A stretch of DNA of 32,000 nt from Wolbachia endosymbiont of Drosophila innubila (GTDB taxonomy: Bacteria; Pseudomonadota; Alphaproteobacteria; Rickettsiales; Anaplasmataceae), in assembly GCF_021378375.1 (NCBI RefSeq), contig NZ_CP076228.1, positions 600,001 through 632,000 of the forward strand, given 5' to 3'. Each line of letters starts with the position of its first letter. The first letter of the stretch is position 1. Position numbers and translations under genes: made by a program. The notes beneath the pieces are model-generated. The model was not told where the DNA came from and ran no database searches. It saw only the letters and a list, made by a program, of their open reading frames with translations. Shown in pieces: positions 1-7,790 of this stretch.

Positions 1-1401
1 ACTTGCAGCATTCATTCCATTAATATCTTCAGGACTCGTTTCTGACCTTACTAAAATCACTTTTTTGCCCTGCTCTGCAGCTTTTTCAGCATCACTTGCA
101 CTAAACACTACATATCCAGAAGCAACCCCTGGAGAAGCCGGCAGCCCCTTCCCTATTACTTTTTGGTCACTCTTAACGTCAAGAACTGGATGCAATAAAT
201 TGTCAAAGGTTTTTGGATCAATTCTCAATATTCCTTCTTCTTTTGTAATCGTTCCTTCGTTTACCATATCAACTATTATGCGAATAGCAGCTTCAGCCGT
301 GCGCTTGCCAGACCTAGTCTGCAAAATCCATAACTTACCGTCCTGCACAGTAAATTCGATATCCTGCATGTCTTTATAATGCCTTTCAAGTTTTTCACAT
401 ACCACGCATAATTCTCGGTAGACACTTGGCAGCAACTTCTCCATGGTGTTTTTTTGCTCTCCGTCAATTGGCATAGGAGTATAAACACCAGAAACCACAT
501 CCTCACCCTGAGCATTAATCAGAAATTCACCAAAGTATTTTTTTTCTCCAGTTGAAGGATTTCGTGTAAATATCACACCAGTTGCAGAATTATCATTTAA
601 ATTACCAAAAACCATTGCTTGCACGTTGACCGCTGTTCCAAGGTTTTCAGGAATATTATGTATTTTTCTATAGGAAACAGCCCTATCATTTTTCCAAGAA
701 GCAAATACTGCATTCACTGAGCTGAGCAATTGCTCTTCAACGTTCTGCGGAAAATGTTTTCCTGTTTTTTCATGTACTATCCTTTTGAAATTGTTAACAA
801 TTTCTTTTAAAACATCAACATCAAGATCAGCTAAGCTTTTTGCTCCACTCTTTTGCTGCTTATTATCAACAACATCTTGAAATAGGTGATGATCAAGCTG
901 TAGTACAACATTGGAGTACATCATGATGAAACGGCAGTAGCTATCGTAAGCAAAACGTTCGCCACTTTTTTTTGCAAGCCCAACAACGGTTTCATCATTT
1001 AGACCAACATTTAAAATAGTATCAAGCATGCCCGGCATTGAACTAACACTACCAGAGCGTATGGAAACTAATAAGGGATTATTTAAATCCCCAAATTTAC
1101 AACCGATGTCATTTTCAAGCATCGCCATGTAGTTTTTGATTCCACTACATATGTCATTCCAGTGCGTGACCACATTTTTTTCTGGATCCGAGTAGTCAGC
1201 TACTTGGATAACAGAAGATCTATTGTCTTGATAATAGACTTTGCAAGCAGAGGTGGAAATTGTGAAACCAGGTGGAACAGGAATGCCAACATTGCACATT
1301 TCTGCTAAATTTGCCCCCTTTCCTCCCAGCAGATTTTTCATTTCTGCATTGCCTTCGCATTTACCCTGGCTAAAGTAATGTATTAACTTTTCCCCCATCA
1401 T
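1..1401 (-). CDS. ppdK: Pyruvate, phosphate dikinase, N-terminal 467 codons (rest of gene lies beyond the left window edge)
   Basis: Hand translation of the minus strand from ATG at 1401 stays open to position 1. It is missing from the ORF track because no stop lies in the window. It reads MMGEKLIHYFSQGKCEGNAEMKNLLGGKGANLAEMCNVGIPVPPGFTIST..., later ...INAQGEDVVSGVYTP... and ...DMQDIEFTVQDGKLWILQTRSGKRT..., the conserved N-terminal ATP-grasp region of PPDK. Confidence 0.9.
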   Translation of the reverse strand, partial: MMGEKLIHYFSQGKCEGNAEMKNLLGGKGANLAEMCNVGIPVPPGFTISTSACKVYYQDNRSSVIQVADYSDPEKNVVTHWNDICSGIKNYMAMLENDIGCKFGDLNNPLLVSIRSGSVSSMPGMLDTILNVGLNDETVVGLAKKSGERFAYDSYCRFIMMYSNVVLQLDHHLFQDVVDNKQQKSGAKSLADLDVDVLKEIVNNFKRIVHEKTGKHFPQNVEEQLLSSVNAVFASWKNDRAVSYRKIHNIPENLGTAVNVQAMVFGNLNDNSATGVIFTRNPSTGEKKYFGEFLINAQGEDVVSGVYTPMPIDGEQKNTMEKLLPSVYRELCVVCEKLERHYKDMQDIEFTVQDGKLWILQTRSGKRTAEAAIRIIVDMVNEGTITKEEGILRIDPKTFDNLLHPVLDVKSDQKVIGKGLPASPGVASGYVVFSASDAEKAAEQGKKVILVRSETSPEDINGMNAAS

Positions 1402-1608
1402 TTTCTCCGGATTTTCACTGATAAACACATTGTACATATAGCTCCAATAAACCTGTGAGAACTTGAAACCTTAGGATAATAAATTTTACAAAATTTTGCA
1501 ACAACGTTCCTTACAACAACATCAGTAAAGTTAACAAAAAAGACGACAAATTATTGAATTATTATTAATAAGAATATATAATATAAAGATACATTTAAAA
1601 ATTTTTTT

Positions 1609-1854
1609 ATGGCTCTTTCTAAATTTCTCGACCCCAAGAATGATGTTGCGTTCCGGCGTATTTTTGGTACTGAAAAAAATAAAGACATCCTCATTCACTT
1701 TCTCAATGATATTTTGGGGTTCACTGGCAAAGATGAAATAAAAGAAATAGAATTCCTCAGCACTATTCAAGATGCTGAAATTGCCTCTAAAAAACAAAGT
1801 ATCGTTGATGTTCTTTGCAGAGATTCTAGTGGGAACAGGTATATAATTGAGATG
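1609..1854 (+). pseudogene. 5' fragment (82 codons) of an Rpn/YhgA-like PD-(D/E)XK 'transposase-family' gene, cut off by the group II intron
   Basis: ORF-track 1609..1890. MALSKFLDPKNDVAFRRIFGTEKNKDILIHFLNDILG...SIVDVLCRDSSGNRYIIEM is the typical N-terminus of this family, which is multicopy in Rickettsiales. Family-like sequence stops at 1854, where the intron 5' GTGCGAC starts. The remaining part of the gene is not found after the intron. Confidence 0.65.
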
Positions 1855-2483
1855 GTGCGACCTGAAAGCCTTCGGTCATATTGTTTATAAAAGGAGAGGA
1901 ATTCATTCAGAAAGAAACTGAAAGGATTCTAAAGCTTATTGAGCCAGATGTTTTGCCATCTGAGTCTACGCATCAGTGCGAATTGGGTAACCAGTTGGTG
2001 CTGAGCGACGCGGACAATGAACCTCCTCTTGATAAAGAAGATGCTCAATCGTGAGAGAAAGCATAAACTACAAGCATCATGTGGTTGGAGGGCTAGGCTT
2101 AGTGGTATGGTGAACGTAAGTGAAGCTTCATAAGTATCGTAACGATTAAAGAGCTAAAGATGCTGATAAGCTCCGACCAAAAGGTAATGTGACATTTTTC
2201 ATTTCTGGATGTACGCAAATAATAATTCCACCGGTATAGAGAAGCCACCTAACCCACTATTGTATGACAAAAGGAACAGGATAAGCCTGTATTTTCGCCT
2301 ATATGGCAGGCAACCCGCAAGGAATGCTGATGGATGTGCAGGTAAAGGATAATGGAGAAAGCGAATGCCATTTTGTAACGAAATGGATAGAATTTGTAAC
2401 ATTAATTCGCGTGAAAACGAGCAGACTTCCATTTGGTCCTTCATGACAAGAAACTTTGTTAACCACTTAAGGTAGGAAAGCAG

Positions 2484-4024
2484 ATGATTACAAGTACAAC
2501 TGTAAGTGCACCTACCAATAACTCCGAAGCATGGAACCAGTTACCCTGGAAGAAATGCCAAAAGTTGTTATGAGGCTACAGAGGCGTATTGTTAAGGCTG
2601 TCCAACAAGGCAGATGGGGTAAGGTGAAAACTTTACAACACCTTCTCACACGCTCTTTTAGCGGCAAAGCTTTGGCGGTTAAGAGAGTAACTGAAAACCA
2701 AGGAAAAAACACAGCAGGTGTAGATCGTCAAATATGGTCAACTTGCAACACAAAATTTCAAGGAATAAAGCTATTAAAACAAAGAGGATACAAACCTTCT
2801 CCGCTAAAACGGATATACATCAGTAAGTCTAATGGCAAAAGAAGACCTCTTGAATCCCTACGATAAAAGATAGAGCCATGCAAGCATTATACTTGTTTGC
2901 TTTGGAACCGATAGCTGAAACGATCAGTGATCGTCACTCTTATGGTTTTAGACCAAAAGATCCTGCGCAGACGCTACTGTGGCTTGCCACTTGTTACTGG
3001 CAAGCCGTAACCAACTACAATGGATACTCGAAGGTGATATTAAAGGGTGTTTTGATAACATTAACCATGAATGGCTCATGAAGCATATTCCTATGGAGAA
3101 GAAAATTCTTCATAGCTGGTTAAAAGCTGGCTTCCTAGAATCAAAAACTCTGTATTCCACAACTGCAGGTACCCCACAAGGTAGTATCATCTCTCAATAC
3201 TAGCAAATCTAGCCCTAAATGGACTTGAAAAATCATTGGAAAGTCAATTTGGTAAACTTGGCAGTAAAAGAAGAAGCAAAATCAGAAGTGGAGTAAATGT
3301 AATCAGGTACGCAGATGACTTTATCATTTCAGGAATCACACGTGAAGTACTGGAAAATGAAGTAAAACCTCTAGTATCGTCCTTTCTTCAGGAGAGAGGT
3401 CTTATCCTTTCCGAAGAGAAAACAAAAATTACATCTATTACAACAGGGTTTGACTTTCTTGGTTGTAATGTACGCAGGTATAATAAGAAGTTAATTATAA
3501 AACCTTCAAAAGAAAGTATTAAGAAACTTAATAAAGCACGTACATTGATAAAGGCAAACATAGCGAACACTCAGGCCGTACTAATCAAGTTGCTCAATTC
3601 CCTATTAAGGGGATGGGAAAATTACTACAGCCATGTGTGTGCGAAAAGAGCTTTTAACAAAATAGACCATGAAATTATGTGTGCTCTATGGAAATGGGCA
3701 AAGAAAAGACATCCTCGTAAAGGATTACGTTGGATAAAGAATCGTTACTTCAAGGTAATGAAACAACGCCAATGGGTCTTTGCTGCACCCATATGCAAGA
3801 ACAAACCGAAAGAGATAAGGTATTTAAGACTGCTTAGGTTGATTGATATACCTATCAGACGACATGTTAAAATCAGGGCGGATGCAAATCCACTTGACTT
3901 AAAATGGAAAAAGTATTTTGATGAAAGAGTGAAACAAACAAAAATGTTAGCAAGCTCTTTCTCAAGAGAAGGTTCTCTGCTGTTGGTGTCACCATTAAGA
4001 ATGATGTTTTCTGAGGAATCATGA
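2484..4024 (+). pseudogene. Group II intron-encoded reverse transcriptase/maturase, multiply frameshifted
   Basis: ATG at 2484. The coding signal is scattered over several frames (2484-~2560, 2531..2866, 2878..3081, 2979..3203, 3236..4024). Motifs: RLQRRIVKAVQQGRWGKVKTLQHLLTRSFSGKALAVKRVTENQGKNTAGVD, GKRRPL, YGFRP, ILEGDIKGCFDNINHEWL, TPQGSIIS, IRYADDFII (YADD), GFDFLG, and maturase X LLRGWENYY. Confidence 0.85.
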
Positions 4025-4068
4025 AGGACAAGCCGGTTCGAGAAAAGAAGGACTTAGATAAGGGGCTC

Positions 4069-4143
4069 AAGCGTAGTGTGGAGAAACCTGCATGCTGCGT
4101 TTCTAAGGGAGGGAGTAGTAGCAATACTACTTCCTTACCTAAC
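4069..4143 (+). ncRNA. Group II intron catalytic domain V (4069-4102) and branch-point domain VI (4107-4139) plus 3' tail
   Basis: DV: AAGCGUAG (contains the AGC triad) pairs with CUGCGUUU, allowing G-U pairs. There is a 5-bp upper stem UGUGG/CCUGC(A), and a 2-nt UG bulge on the 3' strand; total 34 nt. DVI: GGGAGGGAGUAGUA-GCAA-UACUACUUCCUU(A)CC forms 14 bp, with a single unpaired A at 4137, 7 nt from the proposed 3' end. Confidence 0.75.
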
Positions 4144-4842
4144 CAATTCCTTAGCTTCTTCACACAACTTTATAGCTTCTCCATAAAGAAGAATTCTCTC
4201 ATTAGGACCATTAGTAGCATTACCTAGATTATGCTTAGCTTTACCTAAAGCCAGTAAAATATCAGGATCTTCGAGATGCAATTCCTTAGCTTCTTCATAC
4301 AACTTTATAGCTTCTCCATAAAGAAGAATTTTCTCATTAGAACCATTAGTAGCAATACCTAGATTACGCTTAGCTTTACCTAAAGCCAGTAAAATATCAG
4401 GATCTTCGGGACGCAATCCCTTAGCTTCTTCATACAACTTTATAGCTTCTTCATAAAGAAGAATTCTCTCATTAGAACCATTAGTAGCAATACCTAGATT
4501 ATGCTTAGCTTTACCTAAAGCCAGTAAAATATCAGGATCTTCGGGACGCAATTCCTTAGCTTCTTCATACAACTTTATAGCTTCTTCATAAGGAAGAATT
4601 TTCTCATTAGAACCATTAGTAGCAATACCTAGATTATGCTTAGCTTTACCTAAAGCCAGTAAAATATCAGGATCTTCGGGACGCAATTCCTTAGCTTCTT
4701 CATACAACTTTATAGCTTCTTCATAAAGAAGAATTTTCTCATTAGAACCATTAGTAGCAATACCTAGATTACGCTTAGCTTTACCTAAAGCCAGTAAAAT
4801 ATCAGGATCTTCGGGACGCAATCCCTTAGCTTCTTCATACAA
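4135..4842 (-). pseudogene. Distal part of the TPR-like repeat array of the 4856..7609 gene, out of frame and truncated by the intron
   Basis: ORF-track 235 aa, made of about five copies of the same 45-aa unit (ILLYEEAIKLYEEAKELRPEDPDILLALGKAKHNLGIATNGSNEK). It is separated from the upstream ORF by a scrambled stretch (4843-4990). The last codons ...EL-VR-stop are read from intron 3' sequence (stop = rc of 4135-4137). Confidence 0.6.
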
Positions 4843-5527
4843 CTTTATAGCTTCTTCATAAGAAGAATTCTCTCATTAGAACCATTAGTTTTCTCAAAAT
4901 TAGAACCATTAGTTCTTCATACAAGATAGCTTCTTCATAAGGAAGAATTTTCTCATTAGAACCATTAGTAGCAATACCTTTACCTAAAGCCAGTAAAATA
5001 TCAGGATCTTCGGGACGCAATTCCTTAGCTTCTTCATACAACTTTATAGCTTCTCCATAAAGAAGAATTTTCTCATTAGAATCATTAGTAGCATTACCTA
5101 GATTATGCTTAGCTTTACCTAAAGCCAGTAAAATATCAGGATCTTCGAGATGCAATTCCTTAGCTTCTTCATACAACTTTATAGCTTCTCCATAAAGAAG
5201 AATTTTCTCATTAGAACCATTAGTAGCAATACCTAGATTACGCTTAGCTTTACCTAAAGCCAGTAAAATATCAGGATCTTCGGGACGCAATCCCTTAGCT
5301 TCTTCATACAACTTTATAGCTTCTTCATAAAGAAGAATTCTCTCATTAGAACCATTAGTAGCAATACCTAGATTATTCTTAGCTTTACCTAAAGCCAGTA
5401 AAACATCAGGATCTTCGGGACGCAATTCCTTAGCTTCTTCATACAACTTTATAGCTTCTCCATAAAGAAGAATTCTCTCATTCGGATCCTTAGCTTCAAC
5501 ACCAAGATTAAAATAAACTTGACTTAG
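4145..5527. repeat. Tandem array of ~135-bp near-identical units (coding, 45-aa TPR-like repeat), >=10 copies
   Basis: Strings such as taaaatatcaggatcttcgggacgcaa(t)tcccttagcttcttcatacaactttatagcttct recur every ~135 bp from 4145 to ~5490. The period is broken only at 4843-4990. Confidence 0.9.
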
Positions 5528-7609
5528 AAAAAAATTCATAGAGCTATCCTCACCTAGATAAGAAGAATCTCTTTGTAGCAGTTCCTTTCTATCTTTTAAA
5601 GACTTACTTATCAGACTAAGAATAGATTCTAAATCTTTTCCTTCAACAGCTTTTAATTGTGAAGATAACGTATCGTGAATTGTTGCACCTTCGCCATTAA
5701 TAATAATTTGTAAAATTTCTATTGCCTTCATAACGTGTTCCTGGTTCTCTTTTGCAATCTTAACACCCGTAGAAAAAAATGACTTTGATAAAGAAACAAT
5801 ACTCTCTATTTTAGATCTTTTATCCCAATTTAGACATATTCTGGTAATGTCTTCATGTTCTGAATTATTAAGATATCCTTCCAGCTGCTTCGCAGCTTCT
5901 TTCAGGCTACCATGATGTTTTAGCTCAAACGCAGCCACTACAACCTTTTTTTCTAAATCATATATAATCAAATCTATCCGATCACCTAGTATATTACTTT
6001 CTGATGAAACCAGATAGTTACTCTTATTTGTAATAAATAGACCTTGAATTAACGCTTTAAAGGTAGCTTCATTTGTTATCACTGTAATAGTGTTTTGCTG
6101 TTCTATACGACGACTATCATAGTCAATTGATTGTACAGTTTCTTGTAATTTATTGCATATTTCCTCTATGGATTGAGTATTGCCCTCTATGAATTGACCC
6201 AACTTCCCTGTATCAATGGTGTTAAGTATTTGTGTAATTACATGCTCAGAACACTTCCCATCTACCCCCTCGTTTAGGCTAATATCAGCTCTAATCTTTC
6301 GGCAATTACTCGGATCTCCTCTGTTTACTACTATATCAACTTTTAACACAAAATTAACACCATGGCTAGTTAAATTAGGAAATATATAATTTTCTCCTGA
6401 ATTGCGGGTTTCTTTTCTTGGAACATCAACGATATTTAACATGATAGCTTTATTACTCCTATTCATCTTAAGAAGAAGTGTGACACCCCCATTACTTTGA
6501 CAAACCGAAGCGTACATACTTAACGTCCTAATATCTTCCTTAATTATGTGATCTTTAAGTAAGTGATTTGCCAATATTAACCGACTGAAGGAATAGTGAT
6601 TTTTGCTTTCACAGTTAGAAATAGAATAATACAGACTTTCTGCTGATTTCTCTAAGGATGTAGTAAACTCTTCGCCTTTTTTTTCAGCCTCGTAGACTTC
6701 ATAAAGAATTTGTACGATACTCCCCGGTCTACTAACTTCCTTCTCGTATACTAACACTGTCTCTGTATCATGAAGAAAGCTTATACATGCTACTATGACA
6801 TTTTGCTTCTCAGATCTTAAAATGGCAGGATGATAAAAATAGCCCTTGTCTTCTACTTGCTTTCTGGCCCCATCGGGACTTATATCTCTCGATTTGAACT
6901 CAGCAATCACTGAAATCGCCTCAGAATCTTTTTTACGTAGAAACAGTATTAAATCCGCATATCCTCGACCAGCTGTAGGCTCAATGTAATAATCAAGTAT
7001 ATATCTTTTACAACATAACATTAGGACACCACAAGCAAAGCCGTGCTGTGCCGCTTCTGTTTTATATTCGGGATTATTCATATCAATTTTACGATATAAC
7101 TCCTTAAGACACTTAAATAGTTTCTCTACTCTTTCAACATCTTGAACCTCTCTACCACCAGGCTCTTCCTGCTCCTTTAAGATTTCTCCCAGTAAAATTT
7201 GCTGATCTATGTGACCAACTTCATACCAACATTCTAACTCATTTGGACCCATCCTTTCAAATTCAAATTTAGCTTCACCATCAAACATTTTAACACTAGC
7301 CCTAATACTTACTGCATCGCTCCCTATGATTGAAAAACAAAAATCCACTGTTAAATTTGTAAAATCAAAATCCCATTGTGCTGCACTAACAACTTCACCC
7401 CACAAATTAGTGTAAGGCAAAGCAGCAACTCCACCAATAAGAGAATAAAGAAAAAACAACGACTTACTAGTAGAGTTAACCTTAGGAATTGTTTTTAAAA
7501 TTTCATTAAACTTTTTCTCAAACTCTTCTGGTGTTGTGACCAATAATTCTATTAATTCACGTTCTGATTGCTGTGAATCAGCAGCCGGTACAGGATTTCC
7601 TACTAACAT
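4856..7609 (-). CDS. Large protein with two DUF1703/PDDEXK_9-like PD-(D/E)XK nuclease modules followed by 45-aa TPR-like repeats
   Basis: 917-aa ORF with SD GGGAGG 4 nt before the ATG at 7609. Module 1 is aa 189-257 (HGFACGVL...GRGYADLILFLRKKDSEAISVIAEFKS...ARKQVEDKGYF). Module 2 is aa 513-580 (FKALIQGLF...GDRIDLIIYDLEKKVVVAAFELKHHGSLKEAAKQLEGY). From aa ~700 there are tandem repeats of LLYGEAIKLYEEAKELRPEDPD(I/V)LLALGKAK.NLG. Confidence 0.8.
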   Translation of the reverse strand: MLVGNPVPAADSQQSERELIELLVTTPEEFEKKFNEILKTIPKVNSTSKSLFFLYSLIGGVAALPYTNLWGEVVSAAQWDFDFTNLTVDFCFSIIGSDAVSIRASVKMFDGEAKFEFERMGPNELECWYEVGHIDQQILLGEILKEQEEPGGREVQDVERVEKLFKCLKELYRKIDMNNPEYKTEAAQHGFACGVLMLCCKRYILDYYIEPTAGRGYADLILFLRKKDSEAISVIAEFKSRDISPDGARKQVEDKGYFYHPAILRSEKQNVIVACISFLHDTETVLVYEKEVSRPGSIVQILYEVYEAEKKGEEFTTSLEKSAESLYYSISNCESKNHYSFSRLILANHLLKDHIIKEDIRTLSMYASVCQSNGGVTLLLKMNRSNKAIMLNIVDVPRKETRNSGENYIFPNLTSHGVNFVLKVDIVVNRGDPSNCRKIRADISLNEGVDGKCSEHVITQILNTIDTGKLGQFIEGNTQSIEEICNKLQETVQSIDYDSRRIEQQNTITVITNEATFKALIQGLFITNKSNYLVSSESNILGDRIDLIIYDLEKKVVVAAFELKHHGSLKEAAKQLEGYLNNSEHEDITRICLNWDKRSKIESIVSLSKSFFSTGVKIAKENQEHVMKAIEILQIIINGEGATIHDTLSSQLKAVEGKDLESILSLISKSLKDRKELLQRDSSYLGEDSSMNFFLSQVYFNLGVEAKDPNERILLYGEAIKLYEEAKELRPEDPDVLLALGKAKNNLGIATNGSNERILLYEEAIKLYEEAKGLRPEDPDILLALGKAKRNLGIATNGSNEKILLYGEAIKLYEEAKELHLEDPDILLALGKAKHNLGNATNDSNEKILLYGEAIKLYEEAKELRPEDPDILLALGKGIATNGSNEKILPYEEAILYEELMVLILRKLMVLMREFFL

Positions 7610-7790
7610 AAAACCTCCCTATTTATATAAAAACTTAGACTGTATTAAATTCTTTGTATACTGACAGATAACAGTACTTTTCGGTAAGTATATACCTCCA
7701 CAATTTTTATCATTAACACTATCACTTTTATGGTATACAATTCCAGACATGACAGACAAGCTCAACATATAGACTGTGTTCACCGATAAC

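Larger units (their letters stand above)
1855..4143 (+). mobile_element. Bacterial group II intron (~2.29 kb), ribozyme ends intact, intron-encoded protein decayed
   Basis: 5' GTGCGAC at 1855. RT/maturase ORF in the domain IV position. A 34-nt domain V and a 14-bp domain VI helix with GCAA loop and a single bulged A lie near the 3' end. The proposed 3' end is ...CCTAAC at 4143, after which the flanking repeat consensus (CAATTCCTTAGC) resumes. Confidence 0.85.

Noticed and set aside
65-515. Track ORFs 65..379 (+) and 276..515 (-)
   Set aside because: They are embedded in or out of frame with the much longer, strongly conserved ppdK reading frame (minus strand, 1-1401).
1531-1797. 88-aa minus-strand ORF between ppdK and the intron
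   Set aside because: It is antisense to the well-conserved Rpn-like N-terminus (1609..1854) and is low-complexity and AT-driven.
2199-4163. Minus-strand ORFs 2199..2444, 2512..2712, 3388..3570 and 3873..4163, and plus-strand ORF 4021..4227
   Set aside because: They lie inside the group II intron: in ribozyme domains I-III, antisense to the RT, or across DV/DVI. They have no coding motifs.
4145-5527. Evenly spaced, near-identical repeats that could look like a CRISPR array
   Set aside because: The whole 135-bp period is repeated with no unique spacers. It forms one continuous minus-strand reading frame encoding a 45-aa TPR-like unit. No cas genes are nearby.
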